A stretch of 53,214 nucleotides of DNA from NCBI GenBank assembly GCA_005239475.1, contig SPAX01000022.1, positions 1 to 53,214 on the forward strand, in the 5' to 3' direction. The translations under genes were made by a program, and so were the position numbers. The stretch comes from Nitrospira sp. GTDB taxonomy: Bacteria; Nitrospirota; Nitrospiria; Nitrospirales; Nitrospiraceae. The notes under the pieces were generated by a model. The model saw nothing but the letters and a program-made list of their open reading frames with translations, was not told the origin of the DNA and did no database searches. Positions 26,627 through 37,390 of this stretch are shown here, one piece after another (within the stretch, counting starts at the first letter, position 1; every line of letters begins with the position of its first letter).

Positions 26627-26783
26627 TCCGTACCCATTCCTGCTGTGCAGAAGTCATGAGAGGTAGAGGCATACTTGTTGCTTCTACGTATTCGTGATCA
26701 TGTCTATTCTTTTCGACTATTTCCCTTAACAGCATTCAAACTGCGCTGGAATAGTGGAGTCACAAATTCGAGGAGGCGTGTTC

Positions 26784-27281
26784 ATGTGGGGGCAGGAAAA
26801 AAAAGAAGAGATGAGCTCACGCGAGCAGGAAGGCAAAGAGGTTATTATGGTTGCTGCCAATTCAACAATTGCCGAGGGGGCCGGGGACATTTGTGCCTTT
26901 GTGGGAAAGGGTGTAGAGTTCAAGGGCACCATCTCCTATAGTGGCACGGTGAAAATTGACGGGTATCTCGACGGAGAAATTCACACTGACGGCGTGCTGC
27001 TTATTGGTGAAGAGGCCATCATCCAGGCAAAAATAACCGCCGGAACGATTGTGTGTAAAGGAAAGATCACCGGGGATGTCGTTGCGAAAGAGTGCGTCAA
27101 GCTTCGGGCCCCGGCCGTGATAAATGGGAGCGTCAAGGCGCCAGTTGTTTCAATGGAAGATGGTGTGCTATTCAACGGCGCACTTGAAATGGCTCACGGC
27201 GTGCGTGAGCTCCCGCGGGACGTCTCCCTGCATCCTGTCGGAATGATCATGTCCCCTGGCATTAAGCGAGTCAATGGTTAG
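26784..27281 (+). CDS. Bactofilin (polymer-forming cytoskeletal protein).
   Basis: GAGGAGG SD. Beta-helical DUF583 repeats: GKGVEFKGTISYSGTVKIDGYLDGEIHTDGVLLIGEEA.. KGKITGDVVA... Confidence 0.85.
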   Translation: MWGQEKKEEMSSREQEGKEVIMVAANSTIAEGAGDICAFVGKGVEFKGTISYSGTVKIDGYLDGEIHTDGVLLIGEEAIIQAKITAGTIVCKGKITGDVVAKECVKLRAPAVINGSVKAPVVSMEDGVLFNGALEMAHGVRELPRDVSLHPVGMIMSPGIKRVNG

Positions 27282-27371
27282 GGGAGAATATTAATATTTA
27301 GGTATTTATCCTGCTCATTCTTTGCGTGGTGATGGGCCATGCATGTGTGGGAAGAGTCTTAGGAGGCGATC

Positions 27372-27797
27372 ATGTGGGCAACGAAAGAACGGGGCCAGCA
27401 AGCCGAACAGGACAGCGAGAATTTTACGCTCCTGGGGAAAGGCGCGGACTTCAAGGGCATTGTGAGTTTTGATGGCACCGTTCGGGTTGATGGGCGCGTC
27501 GAAGGAGAGATTCATACAACCGGAACGTTAATCGTCGGAGAGCATGCCGTGATCGAGGGCATCGTGTCAGCTGGGGTGCTCATGAATAGCGGAAAAATCA
27601 ATGGCACCATCACTGCCATTGAGAAGATTCACATCCTTAAGCCCGGTGTTCTCGTTGGCGATATCCGGACCCCAGTCATTGCGATTGAAGAGGGCTCTCA
27701 TTTCCATGGCATGTGTGACATGGGTGCTCATTATTGGAGCAACGAACGCGCCCTATCGGTCGAAGCGCCTCCCGGCCTTATTGCATCCGCTCATTAA
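27372..27797 (+). CDS. Bactofilin, second paralog.
   Basis: AGGAGG SD. GKGADFKGIVSFDGTVRVDGRVEGEIHTTGTLIVGEHA.. SGKINGTITA... Confidence 0.85.
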   Translation: MWATKERGQQAEQDSENFTLLGKGADFKGIVSFDGTVRVDGRVEGEIHTTGTLIVGEHAVIEGIVSAGVLMNSGKINGTITAIEKIHILKPGVLVGDIRTPVIAIEEGSHFHGMCDMGAHYWSNERALSVEAPPGLIASAH

Positions 27798-27853
27798 CCG
27801 CAGAGAACAGCCCTCTAGCCCTTTTCCTATCTCCTCAGTACAATAGCGACCTT

Positions 27854-28936
27854 ATGGCTCGCCCTACAGTTCTCCTTGGCATGAGCGGCGGAGTGGACAG
27901 CTCTGTCGCCGCAGCGCTTCTGGTTCGCCAGGGCTACGACGTTCATGGCGTTACCCTGCAGGTCTGGGAACACGAAGACGAAACGGTTGCGGTCTCTAAG
28001 CGCTGGGAGGAACGTGGGTGCTGCAAGGTCGGCATTGCCCGGCATGTCGCACAGACATTGAAGATCCCGCATGAAGTGATCGACACCAGAGAAATCTTTC
28101 GTGCCGGCGTCATCGACGACTTTGTTGCCGGCTATCTCGAAGGCACAACGCCCAATCCCTGTGTCCGGTGCAATGAGCGCGTCAAACTGCGGGGTCTCAT
28201 CGAACTGGCGGACGCACGCGGGATCAATTTTGTGGCCACGGGCCACTATGTATGCATTGGCGAATCTGAGGGGCTGTCGACTCTCCAGCGAGCAGCCGAT
28301 CCAAAAAAAGATCAAAGCTATTTCCTCTATCGTCTTCGTCAGTCATGGCTCGCTCGCCTTCTTTTTCCCGTGGGAGGCATGCAGAAGACGGACGTATGGA
28401 AGGAAGCAGAGGTCTTGGGCCTTCCCGCGGACGAGTTGAAGGAAAGCCAGGAAATCTGCTTTGTAAGCCACGGCGATTATCGAACCTTCATCGAGAAGGA
28501 AGCGCCTGGTGCCAAGAAACCAGGGGCTTTTCTGGACGATGCAGGCCGCTATTTAGGCGACCATGAGGGGATCGCCTTTTATACGCCAGGCCAACGACGA
28601 GGTCTCGGTATTGCGGCCGGCCGCAGGCTCTATGTGCAGCAAGTACAGCCCGCCACCAACACCGTCGTCCTTGGAACAGAAGAGTCCCTGCGTCGCGGTC
28701 AGTGCGACGTTGCAGATCTGAATCTCTTCGATTCCTCGCTTCTCACTGGATCAACAGAGGTGCACATTAAGGTCCGGTATGCCACCCCTGCCACGCCTGC
28801 GACCGTCCAGTCTCTTTCAGAGGGTACTCTTCGCATTTACTTCCACGAGCCACAACGCGCGTTGAGCCCAGGACAGTCCGCTGTCTTCTATCGAAACGAT
28901 CACGTACTCGGCGGCGGCATCATTCAATCATTCTAG
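27854..28936 (+). CDS. mnmA: tRNA-specific 2-thiouridylase MnmA.
   Basis: Internal ATG giving MARPTVLLGMSGGVDSSVAA (PP-loop). Also NPCVRCN, ATGHY and KDQSYFL. Confidence 0.9.
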   Translation: MARPTVLLGMSGGVDSSVAAALLVRQGYDVHGVTLQVWEHEDETVAVSKRWEERGCCKVGIARHVAQTLKIPHEVIDTREIFRAGVIDDFVAGYLEGTTPNPCVRCNERVKLRGLIELADARGINFVATGHYVCIGESEGLSTLQRAADPKKDQSYFLYRLRQSWLARLLFPVGGMQKTDVWKEAEVLGLPADELKESQEICFVSHGDYRTFIEKEAPGAKKPGAFLDDAGRYLGDHEGIAFYTPGQRRGLGIAAGRRLYVQQVQPATNTVVLGTEESLRRGQCDVADLNLFDSSLLTGSTEVHIKVRYATPATPATVQSLSEGTLRIYFHEPQRALSPGQSAVFYRNDHVLGGGIIQSF

Positions 28937-29064
28937 ATTCCTCATGGTCCGCGCCATCGTATTGACAGTCCTCACCTGCCAATGCTACCTTGGCGCGCCG
29001 CTTTTCGTGCGAGCGCACGAAGGTATTTCTCTTTGTCAAAAAGAAGAGCGAACGGATCGGTATA

Positions 29065-29604
29065 GTGATTAAGACAGCAGTGGCGCGACGTTACGCACAA
29101 GCGCTCTTTGAGCTACTCGACGCTTCCACGATTGAATCAACCCGCGCGGCCTTAACCGGGTTGGGTCAAGCGATCAAGGATTCCGTCGCTTTGCGCCATG
29201 TCGTGGCGTCGCCAGCCTTTGGCGCCGCAGACAAAATTGCCGTCCTTGCAGAGCTCGGTACGCGCCTGGGCTGTCCTCCCGTTGGAAAAACCTTTCTCGG
29301 ACAGTTGGTGAAAAAGAATCGTGTCGGCTTTCTTCCTGAAATCGCCGAGGCCTTCGGGAAACTTGCCGATGCGTCGAAGGGCACCCAGCAAATCACCGTG
29401 TCCTCAGCTGCGGCCATACCTCCAGCTGAACAAAATCGAATCAGCACTCGCTTGCGCGACATGCTCAAGCGCCAAGTCGACATTACCTTTCACACGGATG
29501 CCCGCCATCTCGCCGGCGTGCAGATCCATCTCGGCAGTACGGTGGTCGATAGCACCGTCCGTGGGCGGTTACAAGCGATGCAGAGTCTGTTGACTAAGGA
29601 GTAG
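29065..29604 (+). CDS. atpH: F-type ATP synthase subunit delta (OSCP). A GTG start was chosen and is uncertain.
   Basis: ..[13 protein letters not shown].. is a typical delta N-terminus. Immediately precedes atpA. Confidence 0.8.
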   Translation: MIKTAVARRYAQALFELLDASTIESTRAALTGLGQAIKDSVALRHVVASPAFGAADKIAVLAELGTRLGCPPVGKTFLGQLVKKNRVGFLPEIAEAFGKLADASKGTQQITVSSAAAIPPAEQNRISTRLRDMLKRQVDITFHTDARHLAGVQIHLGSTVVDSTVRGRLQAMQSLLTKE

Positions 29605-29606
29605 CC

Positions 29607-31124
29607 ATGCAGATCAAGGCAGAAGAAATCAGTTCGATTATCAAAGAAAAGATCAAAGGGTTCGACAAACAGGTCGACGTCAAGGAAAGCGGCTCAGTCA
29701 TCCAAGTCGGAGACGGGATAGCCAAGGTCTATGGTCTTGACGGCGCCATGGCCGGCGAAATGCTCGAATTCCCAGGCGGTCTCTACGGGATCGCGCTGAA
29801 TCTTGAAGAAGACAACGTCGGCGCCGTACTGATGGGCGATGACGTCGGGGTCAAGGAAGGCGATCCGGTCAAGCGCACGGGACGTATTGCAGAGATTCCG
29901 GTCGGCGAAGCCTTGATCGGTCGTGTGGTGAACGCGATTGGCCAGCCTATCGATGGCAAGGGGCCGATCAAGTCGACGCTTTCATCCCGAATTGAAGTCG
30001 TGGCGCCCGGGGTGAATACACGTCAGTCGGTGCGCGAACCCTTGCAAACGGGCATCAAGGCTATCGACGCCATGATTCCCATCGGCCGCGGACAGCGTGA
30101 GTTGATCATCGGCGACCGGCAGACCGGCAAGACCGCCATTGCCGTCGATACGATTATCAATCAAAAGGGCCTCGATGTCTTTTGTATCTATGTCGCCATC
30201 GGCCAGAAACGTTCCACCGTGGCACGCGTCGTCAAGACGCTCGAAGAGAACCACGCGATGGATTACAGCATCGTGGTGGCCGCCTCCGCGAGCGATGCGG
30301 CGCCCATGCAGTATCTTGCGCCCTTCTCCGGTGCAGCCATCGGGGAGTACTTCCGGGATAACGGCAAACATGCGTTGATCGTCTATGACGACCTTTCCAA
30401 GCACGCCGTGGCCTATCGTCAGTTGTCTCTGTTGCTCCGACGCCCGCCAGGCCGCGAAGCCTATCCTGGCGACGTGTTCTATTTGCACTCCCGATTGTTG
30501 GAGCGTGCGGCCAAGCTCAGCGACAAGCTCGGCGGGGGAAGCCTCACCGCACTGCCCATCATTGAAACGCAAGCCGGTGACGTGTCGGCCTACATTCCGA
30601 CCAACGTCATTTCGATCACCGACGGGCAGATCTATCTCGGCAGCGACCTGTTCTACTCCGGTATTCGTCCCGCAATTAACGTGGGTCTGTCGGTCTCCCG
30701 CGTCGGAGGTTCGGCTCAGATCAAGACCATGAAGCAGGTGGCTGGTACTCTTCGGCTCGACCTCGCGCAGTACCGCGAAATGGCCGCGTTCTCGCAGTTC
30801 GGCAGCGAGCTCGACAAAGCGACACAGATGCAGCTCGCGCGCGGCGTTCGGATGGTGGAATTGCTCAAGCAGGGGCAATACAAGCCGATGCCGGTCGCCG
30901 ATCAAGTGCTGTCGATTTATGCCGGCGTCAACGGATACCTGGACGATATCCCCGTCGATAAAGTGCAACCGTTTGAAACCGACCTACTGCACTATGTGCA
31001 ACAGCACCATCCGGAGCTGAAGAAAGAAATCGCGAGCATCGGAAAAATCGACGACAAAGTCGCCGGCAGACTGAAAGAGATTCTCGCGACCTTTAAACAA
31101 AAGATGGGATACGGCGCCAAGTAG
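29607..31124 (+). CDS. atpA: F-type ATP synthase subunit alpha.
   Basis: GDRQTGKT Walker A, with the conserved alpha sequence throughout. Confidence 0.95.
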   Translation: MQIKAEEISSIIKEKIKGFDKQVDVKESGSVIQVGDGIAKVYGLDGAMAGEMLEFPGGLYGIALNLEEDNVGAVLMGDDVGVKEGDPVKRTGRIAEIPVGEALIGRVVNAIGQPIDGKGPIKSTLSSRIEVVAPGVNTRQSVREPLQTGIKAIDAMIPIGRGQRELIIGDRQTGKTAIAVDTIINQKGLDVFCIYVAIGQKRSTVARVVKTLEENHAMDYSIVVAASASDAAPMQYLAPFSGAAIGEYFRDNGKHALIVYDDLSKHAVAYRQLSLLLRRPPGREAYPGDVFYLHSRLLERAAKLSDKLGGGSLTALPIIETQAGDVSAYIPTNVISITDGQIYLGSDLFYSGIRPAINVGLSVSRVGGSAQIKTMKQVAGTLRLDLAQYREMAAFSQFGSELDKATQMQLARGVRMVELLKQGQYKPMPVADQVLSIYAGVNGYLDDIPVDKVQPFETDLLHYVQQHHPELKKEIASIGKIDDKVAGRLKEILATFKQKMGYGAK

Positions 31125-31136
31125 CCATCAGCGCGT

Positions 31137-31185
31137 CGCTGTCAGCATTACGCTGAGAGCTGAAGGCTGATAGCTGAACGCTAAG
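31137..31185. repeat. Heptamer-period array (NGCTGAN) with an embedded hairpin, in the atpA-atpG spacer.
   Basis: cgctgtc agcatta cgctgag agctgaa ggctgat agctgaa cgctaag. GCTGTCAGC (31138-31146) pairs 8/9 with GCTGAGAGC (31152-31160). Confidence 0.7.
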
Positions 31186-31190
31186 ACACA

Positions 31191-32069
31191 ATGCCGAGTC
31201 TTCAATCGCTCCGCCGTAAAATTGCGGCGTTTAAAAATACACAAAAGATTACCAAGGCCATGAAGATGGTGGCCGCGGCGAAGCTAAAACGTTCGCAGGA
31301 CCGCATTCTGGCGGCGCGCCCCTACGCCCTCAAGATGCGGGGCGTGCTCAGCAACCTGAGCCGACGCGTGAATCGGTCTTCGCATCCCCTGCTGCAGAAG
31401 CGTGAGGGGAAGAAAGTCGAAGTCCTCGTCGTCACGAGCGATCGCGGGCTATGTGGCGGCTTCAATGGCAATATCATGCGGAAGAGTACGGAGTTTGTGC
31501 GGCAATGCGAAACCCAGGGATTACAGGTTAATTTGAGTATCGTAGGGCGCAAAGGCCGCGACTATTTCCGCCGCCGCACCTGGCCGATCAGACAAGAGTG
31601 GACCGGCATCTTCGATAAGCTCACGTTCGAACATGCCATCGATATCGGCGGCGACCTGACCGACCATTTCACCAAGGGCACGTTCGACGAACTCTACATT
31701 GTCTACAACGAGTTCAAATCGGCCATTCAACAGCGTGTGATCGTGGAGAAGCTGTTCCCCGTCGATGCCGCAGCCGAGTTTGGGACGGCGCAGGCGGAGG
31801 GCACGACCGGCGGCAGCTACTTCTATGAACCGGACGAAGCCGACCTCTTGAACGTATTCGTTCCAAAACATTTCCAGACGCAGACGTTTCGTATTCTGCT
31901 GGAATCCGCCGCAGCGGAACATGGCGCCCGGATGGCGGCGATGGACGGCGCAACGCGGAACGCAGGACAACTGATCAAGAAAGTGACCTTGCATTACAAC
32001 AAGACCCGCCAGACTGCTATTACCAAAGAACTGATGGACATCGTCGGTGGCGCCGAAGCGCTGAAATAG
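31191..32069 (+). CDS. atpG: F-type ATP synthase subunit gamma.
   Basis: MPSLQSLRRKIAAFKNTQKITKAMKMVAAAKL N-terminus and ITKELMDIVGGAEAL C-terminus. Confidence 0.95.
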   Translation: MPSLQSLRRKIAAFKNTQKITKAMKMVAAAKLKRSQDRILAARPYALKMRGVLSNLSRRVNRSSHPLLQKREGKKVEVLVVTSDRGLCGGFNGNIMRKSTEFVRQCETQGLQVNLSIVGRKGRDYFRRRTWPIRQEWTGIFDKLTFEHAIDIGGDLTDHFTKGTFDELYIVYNEFKSAIQQRVIVEKLFPVDAAAEFGTAQAEGTTGGSYFYEPDEADLLNVFVPKHFQTQTFRILLESAAAEHGARMAAMDGATRNAGQLIKKVTLHYNKTRQTAITKELMDIVGGAEALK

Positions 32070-32093
32070 TTCGCCACGTTGAAGAAGGAGTGA

Positions 32094-33539
<1,446 letters not shown>

Positions 33540-33654
33540 GCAGGCGGGCGCTCTTGTGCTCGCAGACCGCGCACGATGAAACCGTGCTCGGTCGATGCGC
33601 GCACGTGAGAGCATCCCGGCAGCTTATACATTTTGATACACACGTAGGAGAGAT

Positions 33655-34074
33655 ATGGCAGGAACGTTATTGCTAGAGGTTGTGACGCCGGAGAAATTGC
33701 TCTTGAGCCAGCAGGTGGATGAGGTTATTGCACCAGGCTCAGAGGGTGAGTTCGGTGTGTTGCCTGGACACTGTCATTTTCTTTCTACGTTACGCATCGG
33801 TGAGCTTCGCTATCGCGTCGGGGATCAGACCAACCACATGGCTATTCTCTGGGGATACGCAGAAGTCACACCGACAAAAGTCACGGTCATGGCTGAAATC
33901 GCCGAGAAGGCTGAAGATATCGATGTCAACCGCGCGCAAGAGTCGGTGGAGAAGGCCGAACAGCGCTTGAAGGCCGGCGGTCTGCCGTCTGAAGTCAAAG
34001 AAGCCGAAATCAGCCTTGAAAAAGCCCGCCTCCGCAAGAAGATCGCCGATCGCGCTCGCAAGACCGGCCACTGA
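33655..34074 (+). CDS. atpC: F-type ATP synthase subunit epsilon.
   Basis: LLLEVVTPEKLL..VIAPGSEGEFGVLPGH is a typical epsilon N-terminal domain. AGGAGAG SD. Confidence 0.9.
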   Translation: MAGTLLLEVVTPEKLLLSQQVDEVIAPGSEGEFGVLPGHCHFLSTLRIGELRYRVGDQTNHMAILWGYAEVTPTKVTVMAEIAEKAEDIDVNRAQESVEKAEQRLKAGGLPSEVKEAEISLEKARLRKKIADRARKTGH

Positions 34075-34333
34075 TATCCCTCTCAGATAATTCCGGAAAG
34101 ACAAGAAGCTCGGTCGGCGGCTGACAGAAATGTTGAGCAGTCTGGCCGATCCCCCTGTGCTCGCGCTACGAATAGCCTCAGCAGGCCCTCGTTGGACGCG
34201 CGTAGCGGGAGTTAACCCTAAACGCAAGGACACCTGGGTCACTGCACCAATCTGCGGGAAGAGGCCAAAAACTTCGGGTGCCTGAGAACTGTGGAGGCTC
34301 TATGCACGTTCATAGCACCATGAGAGTTCTCTG

Positions 34334-34909
34334 CTATTTCTCCAGCGGAATTTCGATCACCAGACCGCCCATGACGTCGTCCATTTTAAAGTCCTTCTTA
34401 GGGCTATGCGGATGGGCATTGTGACAACCAACGCAGGATTGGCTGACGGCGCGGTCCGCGTAGATGGCCTTAAAATAGGTCTGATCGCCGATCTTGATCG
34501 TACTGGTGGCAGACCGTTCTGGATGCTCACGCACAGCTTCTAGACCCTTTTTCTCCGCCTCATCGTACGGGCCATTGTGCGGATTGATCGGCCACAGACT
34601 GATCAACCGGTAGCGGACCTTCGTTCCAGTCTTCGAGGACAGGTCGCTCGCTTCTGCGAGAAACTGCGCTGGTAGCGGCAAGGTCTTTTTCTCCGTTCGC
34701 CAGTTCTCCGCTGCTGGGGCGCCGCCCTCTTTTTGCAGACGCTCGACGATATGAATGGTGTAAAAGATGCGGTCGGCTTCAATGACGGCATGGATGTAAT
34801 CCGTGACCGTTTCCGGGGGAATGCCTGGCAGGTCTGCTGCGCGCGCCGCCATCGTGAACGAGGAAAATACCATCACCGCCACCACCGTCCGGATGAGTCT
34901 CCATCTCAT
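34334..34909 (-). CDS. Exported heme-binding protein (DUF3365 / Tll0287-like domain, single CxxCH).
   Basis: Signal peptide ..FTMAARAADL. C-terminal CVGCHNAHPHSP heme c motif. GGAGG SD. Confidence 0.65.
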   Translation of the reverse strand: MRWRLIRTVVAVMVFSSFTMAARAADLPGIPPETVTDYIHAVIEADRIFYTIHIVERLQKEGGAPAAENWRTEKKTLPLPAQFLAEASDLSSKTGTKVRYRLISLWPINPHNGPYDEAEKKGLEAVREHPERSATSTIKIGDQTYFKAIYADRAVSQSCVGCHNAHPHSPKKDFKMDDVMGGLVIEIPLEK

Positions 34910-35066
34910 GATTGTGCCTCCTTGTTCTACGTCAGACCGGCCTCGCGGTTGGCAGCTTAGTCCAAATCAATTAGAGAGGCAATCGGATCGGCAGGCCTTC
35001 CGATTGCAATTGAGCCTTGCGCTGCAGTAGCGTGGCCTGAACGTGCGAGAGAGGGCGATTCGTTTT

Positions 35067-36032
35067 ATGGTGACTGAGTTTGTCGTGACGGCCGGCGAGT
35101 TACCAAAACGGCTGGATATCTTTCTGGTCAATCGGGAGCCAAAATTATCTCGGTCAGCCTTGCAACGGTTGATTGGGCAAGGACGTGTGCGGATCAACGG
35201 TCAGGTTGTCAAGCCTAGTCAAAAGATCAAACCCGGCGACACCATCGCCTTTGACATTCCGAAAGCGGAGCCGCTCGAGCTCAAGGGGGAGTCGATTCCA
35301 CTCGAGATTCTTTACGAGGACGACGTGTTATTACTCCTAAATAAGCCAGCCGGCTTGGTGGTCCATCCTGCGCCGGGTCATTGGGCCGGTACCCTGGTGA
35401 ATGCCCTTCTCCATCATTTTCAGACATCCGGCGGCACGGTGTCGACGATTGGTGGGAAAGAACGGCCAGGGCTGGTTCATCGGCTGGACAAGGATACCTC
35501 TGGCGTGATGGTGATCGCCAAAACAGACGAGGCCCATCGTGGTCTTTCGGCTCAATTCAAACATCACACGATCACGCGGGTGTATGAGGCTCTTATCTCC
35601 GGCGTGCCGAAAAAAGGACATGGGTTGATCGAGCTGGCGATTGGACGAGACAGGAAGGAACGGAAAAAATTCTCTGCCCACACGGCACGACCGAAGGAGT
35701 CCGTGACGGAATACAAGGTCGACCATCGTTTCGGTAAACTGGCTGCCCATGTGCTTTTGTACCCACGCACAGGCCGGACTCACCAGCTTCGCGTCCATCT
35801 GACATCCCTGGGCCATCCGATTCTGGGAGATCAGACCTATGGCGGGAAGAAGGTCTGCACGGTAGAGGGCGTCGAGATCCCCCGCGTGATGTTGCATGCG
35901 AGGACCCTCGGATTCCATCACCCCTCCACCGGAGAGTTTCAGGAGTATACAAAGGGCTTCCCATCCGATATGGAACAGGTCGTTCAAGCCCTCGAGGGCC
36001 TCACGCCTCCTCACGGTACTCGAAAATCTTGA
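35067..36032 (+). CDS. rluD: RluD/RluA-family 23S rRNA pseudouridine synthase.
   Basis: S4-like N-terminus (RLDIFL..LSRSALQRLI..G.V.ING). Catalytic HRLDKDTSGVMV. Also HQLRVHL. Confidence 0.85.
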   Translation: MVTEFVVTAGELPKRLDIFLVNREPKLSRSALQRLIGQGRVRINGQVVKPSQKIKPGDTIAFDIPKAEPLELKGESIPLEILYEDDVLLLLNKPAGLVVHPAPGHWAGTLVNALLHHFQTSGGTVSTIGGKERPGLVHRLDKDTSGVMVIAKTDEAHRGLSAQFKHHTITRVYEALISGVPKKGHGLIELAIGRDRKERKKFSAHTARPKESVTEYKVDHRFGKLAAHVLLYPRTGRTHQLRVHLTSLGHPILGDQTYGGKKVCTVEGVEIPRVMLHARTLGFHHPSTGEFQEYTKGFPSDMEQVVQALEGLTPPHGTRKS

Positions 36033-36080
36033 CAGACCCCTTTGCGTGGCGTAAGCCATGCCACCTCGAAGGATGAGTTC

Positions 36081-36503
36081 ATGCAGACTGCCGATGTGCT
36101 GGACGCGATGGGTGGATTGGTTGCTCAGCTGAAGATGTATGCGGCCAAATTGCCGCCGATTGTGCATCTGTCGGCGGTGCCGACCGGTGTGAAGCCTAAG
36201 CTTGAGGCGGTGGAGGAGTATGAGGAGATCGTCTCTCGGTTCAGGAGTCAGAGCGCCGGGACTCCTTATAGAGTCCTGCACGAATTATTTGTGGAATCGC
36301 TGGAAGCCTACGAGGTCGGTCGATTGCTCGGCTCCGTCCAGCCGCTCCTTTCGGTGCTCGATCATCTGGACCGGATGCAGCGAGATCAAGAAATCGAAAT
36401 CGGACGGATCGATGAGAAGCGCACAGGCGAGTATCGGTCCACGCTGAATAAGATTCTACCCGGCAACAAGCCTGAACTGGACGGCGCAGGACGGGGAATA
36501 TGA
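36081..36503 (+). CDS. Hypothetical protein.
   Basis: ATG inside track ORF 36042..36503. Helical, acidic sequence with no recognisable motif. Confidence 0.5.
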   Translation: MQTADVLDAMGGLVAQLKMYAAKLPPIVHLSAVPTGVKPKLEAVEEYEEIVSRFRSQSAGTPYRVLHELFVESLEAYEVGRLLGSVQPLLSVLDHLDRMQRDQEIEIGRIDEKRTGEYRSTLNKILPGNKPELDGAGRGI

Positions 36504-36510
36504 GGCCGAA

Positions 36511-36594
36511 GTTTTAAGTTCTGAGTGATGAGTTTCCTTGCTAATTCAGAACGTACAACTCAAAACTCTAAACTCAGGACTCAGAACTCCGCGA
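36511..36594. repeat. Inverted blocks of heptamer repeats forming a long hairpin between convergent genes.
   Basis: Left block: gttttaa gttctga gtgatga gtttcct. Right block: tcagaac gtacaac tcaaaac tctaaac tcaggac tcagaac. AGTTCTGAGTGATGAGTTT (36517-36535) is 17/19 complementary to AAACTCAGGACTCAGAACT (36570-36588). Confidence 0.8.
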
Positions 36595-36599
36595 AGCGG

Positions 36600-36779
36600 C
36601 TAATGTCCCATCTTTGGGCCAGCCGCGTTGTCCCCTTGTGATACGAGCTTGAAGCGAACTGTCGACCCGCATTGCGGACACTTCCCGCGGATGGTTTCCT
36701 CATCCAGCCGTTCGTACTGGTCTTCTTTCAGCCACATCAGCTGCGCGCACTTCGGGCAGGTTCGTACTTGCGTTGTCAT
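36600..36779 (-). CDS. Small Cys4 zinc-ribbon protein (hypothetical).
   Basis: Internal ATG after GAGGAA gives MTTQVRTCPKCAQLMW..(x20)..KCPQCGSTVRF, with two CxxC pairs. Confidence 0.55.
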   Translation of the reverse strand: MTTQVRTCPKCAQLMWLKEDQYERLDEETIRGKCPQCGSTVRFKLVSQGDNAAGPKMGH

Positions 36780-36841
36780 GATGTTCCTCGTACACTCCGC
36801 TTGATTTTGGTTGCTGTAACTGGGAGCTAATCTAGTACAAG

Positions 36842-37273
36842 ATGCCTCCAACCCTCAAGCCCGCCATCTCCTTCGCCGAAAAGAAGGACCTCGACCCCGC
36901 CAAGCTCGTCCGCCTCTATCAGCAAGCGCCTTGGGCCAAAGGAAGGACCCTTGAGGACGCACGTGAGATGTTGCGCCACACCGATGTGGCTGTAACAGCC
37001 TGGGACGGTGACCTGCTGATCGGATTTGGACGGGTATTAACGGACTATGTCTACCGAGCGTCCATCTGGGATGTGATCGTCGATAAGGCCTATCAGGGTC
37101 AGGGCGTCGGCACCGATATTGTCCATCGCATTTTGAACCACCCTCGCCTCAAGAAAGTCCAACTCTTCTGGCTCTGCACCCGCATGCCGGGGTTTTATGA
37201 AAAGCTCGGCTTTAGTTCGAAGGAACAGACCGGGATGGTGTGGAGCCGATCGAAACAGGGCCGGCAGGAATAG
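36842..37273 (+). CDS. GNAT-family N-acetyltransferase.
   Basis: Acetyl-CoA motif VDKAYQGQGVGTDIV. C-terminal FYEKLGF. Confidence 0.8.
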   Translation: MPPTLKPAISFAEKKDLDPAKLVRLYQQAPWAKGRTLEDAREMLRHTDVAVTAWDGDLLIGFGRVLTDYVYRASIWDVIVDKAYQGQGVGTDIVHRILNHPRLKKVQLFWLCTRMPGFYEKLGFSSKEQTGMVWSRSKQGRQE

Positions 37274-37324
37274 CGTATTTTCTTCGAGTCTGAGGTCCTT
37301 TGCTTTTGCCCCTCTATCGTATCT

Positions 37325-37359
37325 GGCATGGAACCCCAGGAGGACGGGGGTTCCATGCC
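37325..37359. terminator. 13-bp perfect stem hairpin between convergent genes.
   Basis: GGCATGGAACCCC aggaggacg GGGGTTCCATGCC. Sits between the GNAT stop and the OMP stop. Confidence 0.65.
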
Positions 37360-37390
37360 ACTACATCTGCCTCGAATATTTATTCAGAAA

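Noticed and set aside
28963-28992. Possible atp promoter (TTGACA at 28963-28968 followed by TACCTT).
   Set aside because: The -10 match is poor and the spacing is about 18 nt, which is not enough evidence to annotate.
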